From NCBI GenBank assembly GCA_951406725.2, contig OX597837.1, forward strand, positions 4,030,001 through 4,094,000: 64,000 bases of DNA. Direction: 5' to 3'. The stretch comes from Octopus vulgaris. Taxonomy: Eukaryota. Below are positions 12,986-30,941 of the stretch, in pieces (the stretch's first letter is position 1; the number at the start of each line of letters is the position of its first letter). The notes beneath the pieces are model-generated. The model was not told the origin of the DNA. It made no database searches and worked only from the letters and a program-made list of their open reading frames with translations. A program made the position numbers and the translations under genes.

Positions 12986-13623
12986 TACTATCATTTTTAT
13001 TATAAATGATATGACAATTTGAAATGCAATTGTCTATGCAGATTTATATTATTAGAAAATAATATAAATAAAGTGTTAAAATCTGAAAGTTAAGTTAACA
13101 AGCAATTATATAAAAAAGATAATGCAAATGAAGCTAAAATGATAGTTTTATAATTTGGGTTTTATTGAAGAACTCAAAAGAGTTGTCTCCCCTTACTCAC
13201 AACACAGGAACTGAAGAACCAGGACCACAATTACTACTACTTCCTGTCCTGCAAACATGCTGAATTTAACAACACAACACAACACATGCTCTTAATCCCT
13301 TTGGATCTTAACACCTCAAGGTAATTTTTTGGTAAACAACCATAAAACTCAAGATACACAACGAACTCACAATGTATCGGAGAACTTATTTTTTAATTTT
13401 TGTACATTTTTATCATTATTCTTTTACAAAAAACAATGCAATTTTCTTTTTTTCCCCTTTCTAATTTTTAAAAAAAAAACTTCTTAAAACATAAATATTC
13501 TTGACAAGTCATACAATGACGAAAACCGGTTGAATAAATATATATTTATATATTTTATCAATTTCTCATTGTATTAAAATTTTCTTTCATTTGAGCATTC
13601 TGCATTTTAAAAAATTTTTCCTT

Positions 13624-13710
<87 letters not shown>

Positions 13711-13740
13711 CATACATATATATATATATATGTGTGTGTA

Positions 13741-14281
13741 TTTAGTTGAGTTGAAATAGGTTTGTCACATATTTCAACTGCTGAAACTAATTGCACAGCA
13801 GTTACCATGGAGAAAATGTCTCTCTCTTGGTAAAAATGTAAGAACATATTCGTTCAGAGTGGCCATCTCTTGGGAATCTCAGACATTGATGTTTCAAGTT
13901 TTTTTTTTTACTCTGCTCAATGAAATATTTCTAACGACAACTCTGAACGAACTTAATGAAGCTATATAGCTTTATATATAATTCAGCCAACACGGTATAA
14001 TTTGCGCTATATCGCCTATCAAATGAATTAACAGAGCGTAGGCGCAAAGCATATATATATGTACGAGCAGAATTTTAGATAATTTCAAAATGTTTCCCAT
14101 TTTATCAAAATAGTCAAACAATCGGAACATCTGAGATTCTCGATCGATGGAGACCACTGAACGAACTTGGTGTTTTCACTCCTTTTTACCATAAAGAGAG
14201 AATGTTTCACCATGGTAACTGCAGATTGCATATGCTTCTAGCAGTTGAAATATGTGAGAAATATATTTCAGCTAACCTAAT
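13741..14281. repeat. Diverged inverted repeat with ~150-bp arms
   Basis: tcacatatttcaactgct...gcagttaccatgg...ttcgttcag...gaatctcaga (13741-13890) pairs with tctgagattc...ctgaacgaa...ccatggtaactgc...agcagttgaaatatgtga (14125-14281). Confidence 0.75.
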
Positions 14282-14349
14282 TTTTCTGCTCATACATAAG
14301 TGCTGTATTGCACCTTTCCACCATATATATATATATACATAGTATATAT

Positions 14350-14515
<166 letters not shown>

Positions 14516-14906
14516 AGATAGATAGATAGATAGATAGAGAAGATAGATAGATATATATATGATATATATATATAGACAGATAGAGAAACATATATCCGGT
14601 GTAGATGGTGAGAACAGTGTTCACCGGTATTGGTGGTGGTTTTGCACCGCGCATTGGGAGAAGATGAGGTTTTATATATTGAGATGAAATGCTTTTTGTA
14701 TTTTTTGTGTTTTTATATATATATCTTTTGTGTATATATATAATAATATATGCAATGTACTTATTAGCTGATGTTTTTTCCTGCTCTTTTCTGTCGAGTG
14801 AAGGTGAGATATATGAACATATATATATATAGTACACCGCGCATTTATTTTATATATATTTATATATATTTGTGAATATTTTTGTTATTTTATATATTTA
14901 TATATT

Positions 14907-14940
<34 letters not shown>

Positions 14941-15113
14941 ATTTTTATCTTTTTATTTCTATGTATATATATATATATATTATATATTCACCCATATATA
15001 TATATATTATTTATATATATTTTTATATTTTATTGTTTTTTATTTTTTTATGCTTTATATATTATCAACGATATGGGAATACAATAATAATATTGCCAAT
15101 GAAACTATTTTTT

Positions 15114-15178
<65 letters not shown>

Positions 15179-15239
15179 TATATATATATATATATATTTA
15201 GAGAGAGAGAGAGAGAGAGACATTACATATTGTATATAT

Positions 15240-15282
<43 letters not shown>

Positions 15283-15303
15283 ATATATATATATTTTTGA
15301 ATA

Positions 15304-15361
<58 letters not shown>

Positions 15362-15443
15362 TATATATATAAACAATATATATATAAAAAAATATATATG
15401 TTTATTTAATATATATATATATTATATATATATATATATATAT

Positions 15444-15476
<33 letters not shown>

Positions 15477-15628
15477 ACAGAGAGAAGAGACCGACACCAC
15501 ATAGCGAGAGAGAGAGAGAGACATAGTGACACCGCGCATTGTTTTTTATTATCTATATTTTTGTTTTTTTTTTTTTTTTATATATATGTATATTATAATA
15601 ATATATTATTATCTGCTTTTTTTTTTTT

Positions 15629-17164
<1,536 letters not shown>

Positions 17165-18028
17165 GATTTTTGATTTTGATTTTTCCAGTTTCAGCTAATG
17201 AGCTGTGGCCATGCTGGGGCACCGCCATTTGGTTTGCTACACGGGTTTACCTCACGGATGCTTTTTAGCAAACGCCATCTGATGCATGAGAGAGTTCGAT
17301 GCAGCTGCCCTCATCTGCACCTCCTGCCGTGAAGTTGGTTCATCCGGGACACCTGACAGGAAGAGATCCAGTCCTACTTTAAAGACATCCGCATCTACAC
17401 CATGCAGGTCCCTCAGGTTCTTCGGGAGGACATTCAAGAGCCGTGGGCCTCTGAAGCCCAGGCTATCACAATATCTTGTCCTACATCTTGATGGCAAATT
17501 TGGAGTCCTTGGTACTACGCAGTGGCGTCCGGTTCTGGCGTTTGTGTGACTCTCGATGCCAAAGTCTGGGACAAGACCTTCCAGGATCTTCCAGATATAT
17601 TATGGCATATCTTTCTCGCCTACGCTCCAGGGAATAGAGCTTTAATCTCTTGAGTCTCTCCCAGTAGCTCGTATGCTGCACAGAGGCTATCTTCTTCGTG
17701 TAGCTTCGTTGGATCGCCTCAAGTTCTGTGATCAACTTGACACTGGATGGTGACCATAGCTGAGAGCAATAGTCAAAGTGGCTTAGGAAAAGTGTCTTCC
17801 AGAGGACCATCATGGTTTCTTGTTCTCTTGTTCTAAAGGTTCTAAGAATCCATCCAGCCAGCCGTCTGCATTTCATTGTCAGTTTAGCAACATGTACATG
17901 AAAGGTCGCGTCATCACTCATGTGAATACCGAGGAGACGCACTGATTGTGCCTCTGGGATTGCAATCCCTCCGGGTCCAGTGTATTCATTGGGTATTGCA
18001 TTCAGTTTTGCATGCTGATAGTATAAAG
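17165..18028 (-). mobile_element. 5'-truncated copy of the CR1-group LINE (3' ~860 bp)
   Basis: Near-identical to 18599-19469 (offset 1440). Same (AAAATC)n tail; homology stops at gtataaag 18028. Confidence 0.93.
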
Positions 18029-18029
18029 T

Positions 18030-18570
18030 ATTATATAAATCCGTTCTGTCTGACTGTGCGTATTCTACGATCTCGGGCATCCTCCATCCGATTGCGCTCA
18101 AATTTGATATGTAGATACCGACGGTATCAGGGCGTGTATAAGTCTTGAAAAAATTACAAAAATCGATTCCAGGTGAGAATGCGATCGATAAAGCCGTGGG
18201 GATGTGCATTTGTACGGGCAAGTACATCAGCTGTTGCGATCGATACAACGCGTACGCGAGAAAAATGCTCGTGCAGTTTGCGTAAAAAAGCCAGCTGGCT
18301 TGAAATAATGCCACAAAATGCAGTATGTTTAAGAGACTAAAAAAAGTAAGATGCAAAAGAGATATTCTCTTCAAACTTGGCATGAAGGAAGGAAAGACTA
18401 TTTGGTTTCTCAGGAAATTTTTTTTGCCTTAACTTCATTTAACAAAAACAAAAATTTTATTGAAATAAAAGCATGCTTCATTATTTTTTAATGAAAAGAA
18501 AACACTGATTGCTTTTTATTCAGCAGATATGATTCAGCACCATCCATTGGACAAGGGGCGTTTTGCTCGT
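18030..18570 (+). mobile_element. Non-autonomous Helitron/Helentron-like element
   Basis: Begins tatataaatccgttctgtctgactgtgcg...atctcggg...ccgattgcgctcaaatttgatatgtag, a pattern typical of HINE/DINE-like elements. Ends ...aggggcgttttgctcgt, a CTAGT-like terminus. Confidence 0.55.
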
Positions 18571-21500
18571 ATACATACACACACACACATATATATATGA
18601 TTTCATGATTTGATTTTGATTTTTCCAGTTTCAGCTAATGAGCTGTTGCCATGCTGGGGCACCGCCATTTGGTTTGCTACACGGGTTTACCTCACGGATG
18701 CTTTTTAGCAAACGCCATCTGATGCATGAGAGAGTTCGATGCAGCTGCCCTCATCTGCACCTCTTGCCGTGAAGTTGGTTCATCCGGGACACCTGACAGG
18801 AAGAGATCCAGTCCTACTTTAAAGACATCCGCATCTACACCATGCAGGTCCCTCAGGTTCTTCGGGAGGACATTGAAGAGCCGTGGGCCTCTGAAGCCCA
18901 GGCTATCACAATATCTTGTCCTACATCTTGATGGTAAATTTGGAGTCCTTGGTACTACGAATGGCGTCCGATTCTGGCGTTTGTGTGACTCTCGATGCCA
19001 AAGTCTGGGACAAGACCTTCCAGGATCTTCCAGATATATATTATGGCATATCTTTCTCGCCTACGCTCCAGGGAATAGAGCTTTAATCTCTTGAGTCTCT
19101 CCCAGTAGCTCGTATGCTGCACAGAGGCTATCTTCTTCGTGTAGCTTCGTTGGATCGCCTCAAGTTCTGTGATCAACTTGACACTGGATGGTGACCATAG
19201 CTGAGAGCAATAGTCAAAGTGGCTTAGGACAAGTGTCTTCCAGAGGACCATCATGGTTTCTTGTTCTCTTGTTCTAAAGGTTCTAAGAATCCATCCAGCC
19301 AGCCGTCTGCATTTCATTGTCAGTTTAGCAACATGTACATGAAAGGTCGCGTCATCACTCATGTGAATACCCAGGTCACGCACTGATTGTGCCTCTGGGA
19401 TTGCAATCCCTCCGGGTCCAGTGTATTCATTGGGTATTGCATTCAGTTTTGCATGCTGATAGTATAAAGCTTGAAACTTTTCAGCATTGAACTGCATGCT
19501 ATTCTTTTCAGCCCACTTGTATATTTCGTCCAGCTCACATTGCAGGTGCTTAGTGTCTTCAGGGTTCTGTATTGCCTGTGAAACTTTTGTATCATCTGCA
19601 TAACTTGTGATCGTGGCTCTCCGCGTGGCTGAGGGCATGTCTGAGAGGGCCATTATGAACAGTAGTGGTCCCAAAACAGTGCCCTGTGGAACACCGCTCA
19701 CTATTTGCGATCTAATGGAAGTGGCCCCATTGGCTGCTACCACCTGACTTCTATTCTTCAGAAAGTCATGAAGCCATTCTCCTAGTTTTCCAACTATGCC
19801 AAGATCACGCAGTTTGTGACATATCATTCCATGATCGACTTTATCGAAGGCCTTTGCGAAGTCGAGATACATGACTTCCACATTTGAGTGGTTGAGCAGT
19901 TGTTTCAGCACCCAGTCATAGTGCTGCAGGAGCTGAGTTAAGCAGCTTCTTCCTGGTCGGAAACCATGTTGGGTGTCAGGCAGCAAGTCATTTTCTTCAA
20001 GGAAGGTGATTAGTTTCCTTCTGACTATTCGTTCCATGACCTTGCTGATGTGTGAGGTCAGAGAGATAGGTCTGTAGTTCTTGGCCTCCGCTCTGCTACC
20101 TCCTTTATGAATAGGGCATATTTTACCTTCCTTCAGTTTTCTTGGAAGTTTGCCAGCTGCAAGGAAGCTCTGAAAGAGGAACTGCAGTGGTCTTGCTAGG
20201 ACTCTCTTACATACTTTTAGGAGGATTGCCGGGAATCCATCGGTTCCAATAGCTGAGTCTGTTTTCATTTCATCTATAGCCTTTATTACATCGTCTTCCT
20301 TTATATCGATGTAATTTATCGTCGCCGCCTCTGATTCTATATCTGCAGTGGTAAAGAAGTCAGTTGGATTGGTGATTTGGAAATGCCCAAGGGGTGGGGT
20401 GAAAACACTCTTGAATTGTTCATTCAGTATTTCACTTACCCTCATTGGTTTTCCTGTGAGTGTGCCATCCTTTTCAAGGAGTGGCCCTATCCTACAGTGC
20501 ACCGTAGCTGTTTCTTTGGCATACCTGTAGAAAGCTCTGGGGTTAGTTTTTATGTTGTCTATAGCCCAGGCTTCTTTGTCTGCTCTCTCCTTCTCATGGG
20601 AGAGTTGCAGACAATTTTCAATTTCTAACAGTTTTATTTTCAGGCGGGACTTTTCACTGCTTTCAATTTGTTTGTTTAGGCGATTTGAAATTTTTGTACG
20701 CCGTCTCATTAAAATTTTCCTCTCTCTGGGGATTTTGTTCTTGTGTACAGTGGCCTTTCTCTCTGGGACACATTTGTAGCATATGGCTTGCATTACAGAC
20801 ATGAATTGTTGAAGTATCATGTCGATGTCCGGCGAGGAGAGACATTCAGACCAGTTTTGTTTGAGGATCTCTTTCTCAATTTGTTTCCAGTTTGCCTTAT
20901 TGAAGTTCAAGCTGGAAAGATTCTGAGGGTTTCTTGTAGGCTGCATGTCCGTGCTCTCTTTTGGCCCGTACATGGTCAGCTCTACCATGTTGTGATCCGA
21001 GAGTAGTGTCGGTGTCACTTTCACATTATGGATGAGATCCATATTATTTGTGAAGCAGAGATCCAGTGTGTTACCTGCTCTGGTTGGTTGGAGTATTACT
21101 TGCTCCATGTACAGGGTGTTGATGAGGTTCAGGAGGGACCTCGCCTGTCCTCGTTCACATCTTGTCATTCCTGGGAGAGAAAGGCCCTCGGGCCATCTGA
21201 CATTGGGTAGATTGAAGTCTCCCATGAGAAGTACACTTATGTGTTGTTCTAATGTGATTAGAACTTCTTCTATTTTTAAAAGGCAGTCCTCAAACTTGCC
21301 CATATGACTTGGGGCATCTGGAGGGCGATATGTAGCACACACAACTACATCAAGTTGCCTTATGTGTACAATTAGTGTGTCACACACCGAGTTTGAGTAT
21401 GACAAACAGACCTGGGGTGTGAGGTCCCCACGGATGTACATAGCAACTCCTCCATGACTCCTTTCTTTCCTGTCGGTCCGTAGTACAACATACTGTGGTA

Positions 21501-21638
21501 TGTGTAATTCCGCATCTGCTATGTCCGGTTTCAGATGCGTTTCTGTGAGTGCTATGCATAAGGCTTGATTGCATGCGACAAAGTCTCTCAGGAACGGGAC
21601 TTTTGTCCTGTTACTGTGTGTTAGTAGTCCTATGATGT

Positions 21639-22517
<879 letters not shown>

Positions 22518-22700
22518 TGACTCGACAGAAATTGTCGCTACAAACCCAACAAACAACAAGCACAGTTCCTTAGGAATTAATCTATATTATTATTTACAGA
22601 ATGAGGGACCATATGTGGTGCATATCCAAACTTTATGAATACTTTCAGAAGTAACAAACAACATTTCTGCAATAAGTACGCGATTTATAAAATATGCAAT

Positions 22701-22758
<58 letters not shown>

Positions 22759-22782
22759 GTGTGAGTGTGTGTGTGTGTGTGT

Positions 22783-22966
22783 GGAGAGTTCATGAAAAAA
22801 ACAAAAGACGAAGACAGGTGGTGTACAAAACAAACAGATGTTGTAGTATAACGCTCAGGAATAGAAAGAGTCTTTTACGTTTCGAGCCTACGCTCTTCTA
22901 CAGATAGGGACAGAAAAAACAAGGAGAGAAAAAATGTGTGTAGTGGCTAACGATCTATCATGGCGA
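22783..22966 (+). mobile_element. Family D ~190-bp repeat (hammerhead-like core on minus strand)
   Basis: ggagagtt..gaaaaaaacaaaagacgaagacaggtgg...acgtttcgagcctacgctcttctacaga...gatctatcatggcga; adjoins TA/TG microsatellite. Confidence 0.85.
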
Positions 22967-23960
22967 CTAATGCTGGACAGAAGAGTCAAACACGAGGAGG
23001 AATGTAGGGGAGATGCACATGTGCGCGTGTGTGTGTGTTAACTCTGGTAGAATACATTTTCCAAAAGCGTTGCATAATCGCAGAAGAGAATCGAAATCTG
23101 GACTACGTTGTTGCGAATCAAATATTTTAACCATCTGCCTATGCTCACAGCTTGTGAGCCAACATACAGAGATGTTATTCTCATATTTATACATTGAGGC
23201 TAGGGTTTTTTTATTGCTTTAAATTTAAAACATTTATTGAATCAATAAACACAATGATTTTATTGTTTTGCTTTCTTTTATTCATAATTTGGAAAGTTAA
23301 AAATATAAAAAAAATAGAACCAGAAAACGGCTGCCTGAAATATTTTTCCCTTTTGTAAACTATTACATATTTATTGCATTTTTACTCAGAAAATTAATAT
23401 TTAATACACATTCTATGCAAGATGTTTTACAAAGTAATTAGTACGAGTGTATGTGTGTATAAGTGTGTGGTTTACAATTTTGTTTGCAATAAAATAAAAA
23501 AATATGCTTCTTTGTAGATTTCAATATGCAGGCATTTAATAAAAGTCAGGAATATATTGATAGAAATTTGTCGGCAGTTTATTTTCCTTCGATGTCTGTA
23601 ATTTTTAATATTTTTAATTTTTATTTTTTCCTTTGACTGGACTAAGTACAAATGTCTCTGTCAGACTAGGTGTTGCCTCTCGTTGACAATTTTTTGTTTT
23701 CATTCTGGCTTGCTAGCTAATTGAATACAAAACTTAGTAGCTGCAAAGTCAAACATGGCGCGTATTTTCAGAATGATATAAGCATCTGTAAACGTACGAA
23801 GAAAATGTTATGCACGATCAAACAACCCGACCTCTATGTGAATCCACGTTTTAGTAGAAATAGATTTAATAGATGGAAAGTAACAACATTAGAGAAGTGA
23901 AATTGAACCAGTGCGTGTGTTATTACTATTGGTATAATGATTCACAATAATAATACACAC

Positions 23961-24125
<165 letters not shown>

Positions 24126-24145
24126 GTTATATACATACATGCATT

Positions 24146-24177
<32 letters not shown>

Positions 24178-24299
24178 TATATATATATTCTGTTGTGTCT
24201 AGGAAAGTCATTTTCTTTTTGTACCTTATAATTTAACACACGCAGGTAAAAATTTACACATCTGGAAATTTTTACCGGTGACTGTGTTAAATTATAAGG

Positions 24300-24351
<52 letters not shown>

Positions 24352-24617
24352 TTTATAATTAGGGTTCAGCAACGATTTGCTTCACCACATACCGAAGTTT
24401 AGAAAGAGCAGTCGAAAAATCTTAGCTATTCTTTCTACTTGAAAGGTAGAAATTACTGATTACTTCTTAATTAATTAATTTTAGCCTTTTTTATTATTGA
24501 TAATGGAATTCTTCTTCCAGATAACAAACTACAGTTTCTCTGTGTAGAAAATATATACATATACATCCACACACATACATATACATATATACACACCCAT
24601 ATATAAACATACACATG

Positions 24618-24665
<48 letters not shown>

Positions 24666-25004
24666 TTATATCCTGTCGTGTCTTGGAGCGTCATTACGCC
24701 ATTAAAAATAAACATACGCACTGGTTCAGTCCAACTTGTTTATTTTCTGTTAATTGGTTAAATAATTAACCAGCTAACTAATTCATCAGTTGTATAATAT
24801 ATTGTTTGACCAATCAGCCGGTTGTTGCACAGTTCCTTCGTCGCCGATCGCGACCTTTTCAGTGACTTATCAACTTCCCATCTCACAGCAAGGTCTGCCA
24901 ACAGCCAATTGATTGCTTAACAAAAGCATTAAACAAAAGATCGATTATTTAGTTGATTCGATATTTCATCAAATGACTAATTGGAATTGAACATATGCGT
25001 GTGC

Positions 25005-25053
<49 letters not shown>

Positions 25054-25187
25054 GGCGTAATGACTCTCTCAGTCCATTGCGCGAATTTAATTCACATCAG
25101 CAATCTTGCAAAACAAATGAAGTGTGTGTGTGTGTGTGTATGTGTGTGTGTATGTATACATTTATATATATATATATAATATATATT

Positions 25188-25343
25188 GGAAATTTATTGA
25201 AAAACAACAGATGAAGACAGACGTGTGAACAACGAGCAAATGTATTAGTTCGAAGCTCGGGAAAATGAAGACGTCTTTTACGTTTTGAGCCTACGCATTT
25301 CAACAGAAAGGGATAAGAGAAAATAAACAGAGAATAGAAAAGA

Positions 25344-25345
<2 letters not shown>
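25188..25345 (+). mobile_element. Family D repeat, diverged
   Basis: tgtattagt...gctcggga...ttttacgttttgagcctacg; flanked by (TA)n. Confidence 0.7.
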
Positions 25346-25394
<49 letters not shown>

Positions 25395-25745
25395 AAATGT
25401 GAGGATAAAATTCTTTTCGAAAAAAATATTTTCTCGAAAAAAATTTTATCAATGGCCAGCATATTAAAAAATACCTTTAACTGTTAAATTTATAAACAAT
25501 TCATAAATGAGGGCAAAGGAAAAGAATTCTAACGCCAAATATGCCGAAAAATTGGACATATTGTCCATTAACCATATAATTTTTTCACAATACGCACGCT
25601 ACTCGAAAAAGGTCGACAGAAATTTCTAAAAAATTCCATTATTACCATATCGGACCGATTCCAGAGTTAGCTACTAAGAGCCCTCTCTTCGTCAGTGATA
25701 CATGTGGCAAAAGAAATAAATGAGATACTTACTCATAAGTATCTC

Positions 25746-25783
<38 letters not shown>

Positions 25784-25787
<4 letters not shown>

Positions 25788-25962
25788 AGAATTCACAAAA
25801 ATAAAACAAAAGACGAAGACATGTGGTGTAGACAATAAATAGAGTAAGTGAAAGAAAAAGTCTTTAACGTTTCGAGCCTACGTTCTTCCACAGAAAGGAA
25901 TGCAGAAAGAAACAAGGAGAGAAAATAAAGAATGTGTAGTGGCTAGCGATCTATCATGGCGA
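25784..25962 (+). mobile_element. Family D repeat
   Basis: agggaga...aaaagacgaagac...acgtttcgagcctacg...gatctatcatggcga; (TA)n on both sides. Confidence 0.85.
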
Positions 25963-25977
25963 ATGATATATATATAT

Positions 25978-26485
<508 letters not shown>

Positions 26486-26528
26486 TCTTCTATACACAAT
26501 CACACACACCCGTATATATCTATATCTA

Positions 26529-26618
<90 letters not shown>

Positions 26619-27059
26619 CAGTAGCAAGCAAAAAAAGAGAATGATAAATATTTTTTTAAATGTCGGAAATGCTAGTGAGCGTGCAAATCCGTAATTAGTT
26701 TCGTAAACACGGTTAACCCTTAGTTAAATTGTCTGAAAAATCTAAGTTTGTACAATGGTCCTAATAAAATTTAATAACACTAACACTAGTACCGTCCAAA
26801 TGTCTCATGTGCAAAAACAGAGAACAATTAGTTTCCTTAAGAAATTTCTGGAAATTTGAAGACACGAACACATCAACGTTCGATAATAGAATGGTAGCGA
26901 TGGTGGCAATTAATTGGTAAAAGTAAAGAAAAGAAAAGAAAAGAAATAGAAAGCGAGGTAGATAGATTGAGATAGGTGAGATTTTAAGGATTGGCTATAA
27001 GATGAAGTACGGTGCATAGGTGTATGATGTCTTGGAATTGTGTGCGGGGTGTCCGAGAA

Positions 27060-27410
27060 GATAAGAGAAAACGAAACGCTGGAATTGCGTGCTCCTAAGA
27101 TTAGATGGCCCGAGCACATAAGCAATATTCATGGCAAAGCTATTCATGGCAAAGAACAAATCAAGTTTCGATTAGGGAGCAAATATTTAAGAGAAAGTGG
27201 AAGTGGATTGGTAGCACAATTAGAAAAGACACACAAAATGTAGCAAAAAGTGCTTTACAGTGGAAACTGGATGGATACAGAAGGAGAGGTAGGCCTAAGA
27301 ACTCGTGGCGTAGGGGGACATTCATGGCAGAGCATAAGTACAGAAGCGAAAAATTATGAGACATGGAATTCAACTATAAGTGGCCTATATACCGCGTTGG
27401 AGGGTTAAAG
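27060..27410 (+). pseudogene. RTE-clade LINE 3' fragment
   Basis: LRAPKIRWPEHISN...KRKWKWIGSTIRKD..VAKSALQWKLDGYRRRGRPKNSWRR is the characteristic RTE ORF C-terminus; frameshifted. Confidence 0.85.
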
Positions 27411-27493
27411 GCAGGAAAAAAAGCTATCTATACATAAGAAAAAGAGTAGAATGAATGATTTGATCCTAAATTTGTTCGATCAGAGCTGACATG

Positions 27494-27911
27494 GGATCAT
27501 TTCGGTTTGAACGGCAGTTTTTTCTAGCGGTGTCATATGAAATTGTCACCCATAATTATGCCCCTAGTATCGATCTATTGCATTTCAATCTATTTTAGGC
27601 TTAGAGTTAGGGTTGGGGGAAGGGTATCTTTTTTTACTTCACAAATGTAAATAAACCCAATCTGTTTCTTAAACGAGTGACATATTCATACGGCACAGAA
27701 TGTTTGGTTTTACCTCAATGGACGTCAGTGATTGGTTGAAATTGCAGAAATTGAAGAAAAAGCAACAAATATCTTACAAATTATAGAATTTTCTCAATAA
27801 AGCCAAGAGAAAAAGATGTTTCATAAACACATTCTACTAGTATACGAAGTTAAAAATTTTTTAGGTACCTAGAAATTATGTTAAAAACTGCCGTTCAAAC
27901 CGAAAAGATCC
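27494..27911 (-). mobile_element. MITE copy 2 with 8-bp TSD ctgacatg
   Basis: TIRs GGATC..GATCC; TSD at 27486-27493 and 27912-27919; TTAGGG-like tract at ~27594-27618. Confidence 0.92.
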
Positions 27912-28406
27912 CTGACATGGGTTTAAACAACAACAGCGACATCTATTTAAATTCATTCGAGTCAATAAAATGACTTCTACGTGATTATTCTAACCGGCGA
28001 GAAACAGTAGCCGCCATCGCTCTGAAGTGGCGCTGTAACTACTTTTAAAATGCAAAGTAAAAAAAAAAATCACAACTATAGAAATAATAAAAAAAATAAA
28101 AAAGAGTGACTAATTGGATGTTATGATATTAGATTCTGTAGTGCGACTGTCATTGATTGGATCTGACGACAACAACAACAAACAGCAAAATTACTGCAAC
28201 TATAAGAATAGCAACAATAAAAAATGTGCTGATTACGTCATCAATGGCTTTGATAACGTGTTCGATTGATCAGGGCGTCTGGCAGCAAACCTCAGCAGAA
28301 TATACATGTCTGCCTGCTTGTCTGTTTGTCTGTCTGTCTGTATGTATTTGTACATGCGTACATAAGAATGTATGTATGTATGTACGTATGAGTGTATGTT
28401 AGTACG

Positions 28407-28459
<53 letters not shown>

Positions 28460-28489
28460 GTATGTATATCTATGAATCCAAAGGTATCT

Positions 28490-28895
28490 TTACTCTTATT
28501 CTTTTACGCTTTTAACTGTTTCAGTCATTTGACTGCGGCCATGCTAGAGTACCGCCTTTAGTCGAGCAAATCGATCCCAGGACTTATTCTTTGTAAGCCT
28601 ATTATTTATTCTATCGTTCGCTTTTGCCGAACCTCTAACTTACGGGGACATAAACACACCAGCATCGGTTGTCAAGCGATGCTGGGGGACAAACACAGGC
28701 ACAGAAACATATACACACACATACATATACATATATACAAAGGGCTTCTTCCAGTTTCCGTCTACCAAATCCACTCACAAGGCTTTGGTCGGTCTGCGGA
28801 TATAGTAGAAGACACTTGCCCAAGGTGCCACGCAGTAGGGCTGAACCCAGAACCATGTGGTTGGTAAACAAGCTACTTACCACACAGCCACTGCT
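28490..28895 (-). mobile_element. SINE family C (CORE-like)
   Basis: Reverse of gtggctgtgtggtaagtagcttg...gggttcagccctactgcgtggcaccttgggcaagtgtcttctactata..., with tail ...ctgaaacag/taaaag. Confidence 0.85.
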
Positions 28896-28953
28896 CTATA
28901 TGTGTGTGTGTGTGTGTGTGTGTTTGAGGGACGGGTGCATTTATTTATGTATC

Positions 28954-28989
<36 letters not shown>

Positions 28990-28990
28990 T

Positions 28991-29065
<75 letters not shown>

Positions 29066-29362
29066 AAAACAACGAAGGCACGAAGCTTAGTGATTAGAAT
29101 CTTCCGCTGACGATCATAAATTCGATGTTTCAATTCACGAACTGAGCGGCACGTTGCGTCCTTAAACAAGGAACTTCATTTTATGTAACTCCGGTCAACA
29201 AATGCCTAACCAAATAGCACAACACTTTCTCCCTCCAAATTTCACAGCCTAGATACTCTCCAGAGTCAAGAGCCAGGACAACCCAGTATTTAGACAGATA
29301 TTATATCTAGTATTTGGAGTCGTTTGTTTTCAAGTGCATCGCTTGTAATCGTAATGCTAAAC

Positions 29363-29427
<65 letters not shown>

Positions 29428-29698
29428 TGAGGCATGCTTATTATCGCCTCGGGAATATATGTTAGTCCTTGGCTTTTCTGCTGAAGAGGCACGCCAGTTG
29501 TAAATAAATTTAATTTAATTAATTAATTTACTAAAGTTTGCCGAAACTATGCATAGTCCAGAAAGGCAAGGGTAAACGTTTTTATTTCTCTTTCCATTTC
29601 AGAATTACAGCTATTAGTGGTTTGGAGTTTAACTGCTCTTTCTAGTGAGTTGAATGTCCTATTTTGGCTATTCCTTATATATTTGAATATATATATAT

Positions 29699-29759
<61 letters not shown>

Positions 29760-29761
29760 CT

Positions 29762-30070
29762 ACTATTGGCACTCCGTCGCTTTCGACGACGAGGGTTCCA
29801 GTTGATCCGATCAGCGGAATAGCATGCTCGTGTGACCAACGCGTGGCTGAGCACTCCACACGCATGCGCACCTTTTCACGTACTTCTCAGGGAGATTCAG
29901 CGTGACACACAGTGTGACAAGTCTGACCCCTAGAAATGCATTTATTACTAATTTTTGCCAGCTGAGTGGACCGCAGCAACGTGAAATAGAGAGACATGCT
30001 CAAGGGCACAAGGCACCATCGGAACCCTGGGATCGCGAGTCGAGTCCCCTATGTATTGAGCCACGCACCT
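29762..30070 (-). mobile_element. SINE with family B tail type 1, diverged
   Basis: gcactccgtcg...gacgagggttccagttgatccgatc tail shared with the end of 7736-8094. Confidence 0.7.
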
Positions 30071-30148
30071 TCATACACACACACACACATACAAACACAT
30101 ACATATATATATATATATATATGTATGGATGTATCTGCATAAGTACAC

Positions 30149-30181
<33 letters not shown>

Positions 30182-30266
30182 TAAATATAGATATTTATAT
30201 ATATTTATATGAATAAGTGCATATGTATATATGTATATGTGTATATGTATATGTTTGTATGTGTGG

Positions 30267-30422
30267 ATTCAAATTCCGCCGAGGTCGACTTTGCCTTTCA
30301 TCCTTTCGGGGTCGATAAATTAAGTACCAGTTACGCACTGAGGTCGATGTAATCGATTTAATCCATTTGTCTGTCCTTGTTTGTCCCCTCTGTGTTTAGC
30401 CCCTTGTGGGTAGTAAAGAAAT
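30267..30422 (+). mobile_element. SINE family A, 5'-truncated
   Basis: ttcaaattccgccgaggtcgactttgcc...gtaaagaaata. Confidence 0.85.
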
Positions 30423-30427
30423 ATATA

Positions 30428-30458
<31 letters not shown>

Positions 30459-30463
30459 GGATA

Positions 30464-30850
30464 TACATAGTCTGATCAATAAGTATCCGGACTTCTTGCG
30501 TAGCAACGAAGTTAAAGTACGCAGAGGAAAGTCTCTTGGCCCAGATTTACTTTGAACATTGTTGTGCGTGTGCTGTACGCAGTAGCGTTCTAGCTCACTT
30601 CTGCTGGTTAAAGCAGTGCTTGGAAGGAACGTGTCTTGCGTGTGATCGTCTCATTGAACAAGACAGAGGAAGTTTAGCAGATAATTTGCATCAAACTTTG
30701 CCAAAAGCCTGGTGATGCCTGCTTAGAGGCCGATGCAAAGTTGCAGAGAGTAAATGGGGAGGAGTGTATGAGCCACACACAATTGTACGTGTGGTTCAGA
30801 CGTTTCGAATGTGGCCGGAAAATGTCGATTTAGACAAACGATCTGGGAGA
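30464..30850 (+). pseudogene. mariner transposon 5' end fragment
   Basis: TIR-like tacatagtctgatcaataagtatccggac. Translation ICIKLCQKPGDACLEADAKLQRVNGEECMSHTQLYVWFRRFECGR matches the mariner N-terminal HTH region. Confidence 0.75.
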
Positions 30851-30941
30851 GGTTAGGGTATTCTACTGCGAAGACTGAGCCTTTGTTTTGGGGTCATAGC
30901 CACAGACGCACGATTCATAACCCGTTATGGGAGTTTTCAAA

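Noticed and set aside
17481-18383. 300-aa ORF as a novel fusion protein
   Set aside because: It is a chance read-through from the antisense Helitron-like element into the truncated LINE ORF2, which then frameshifts.
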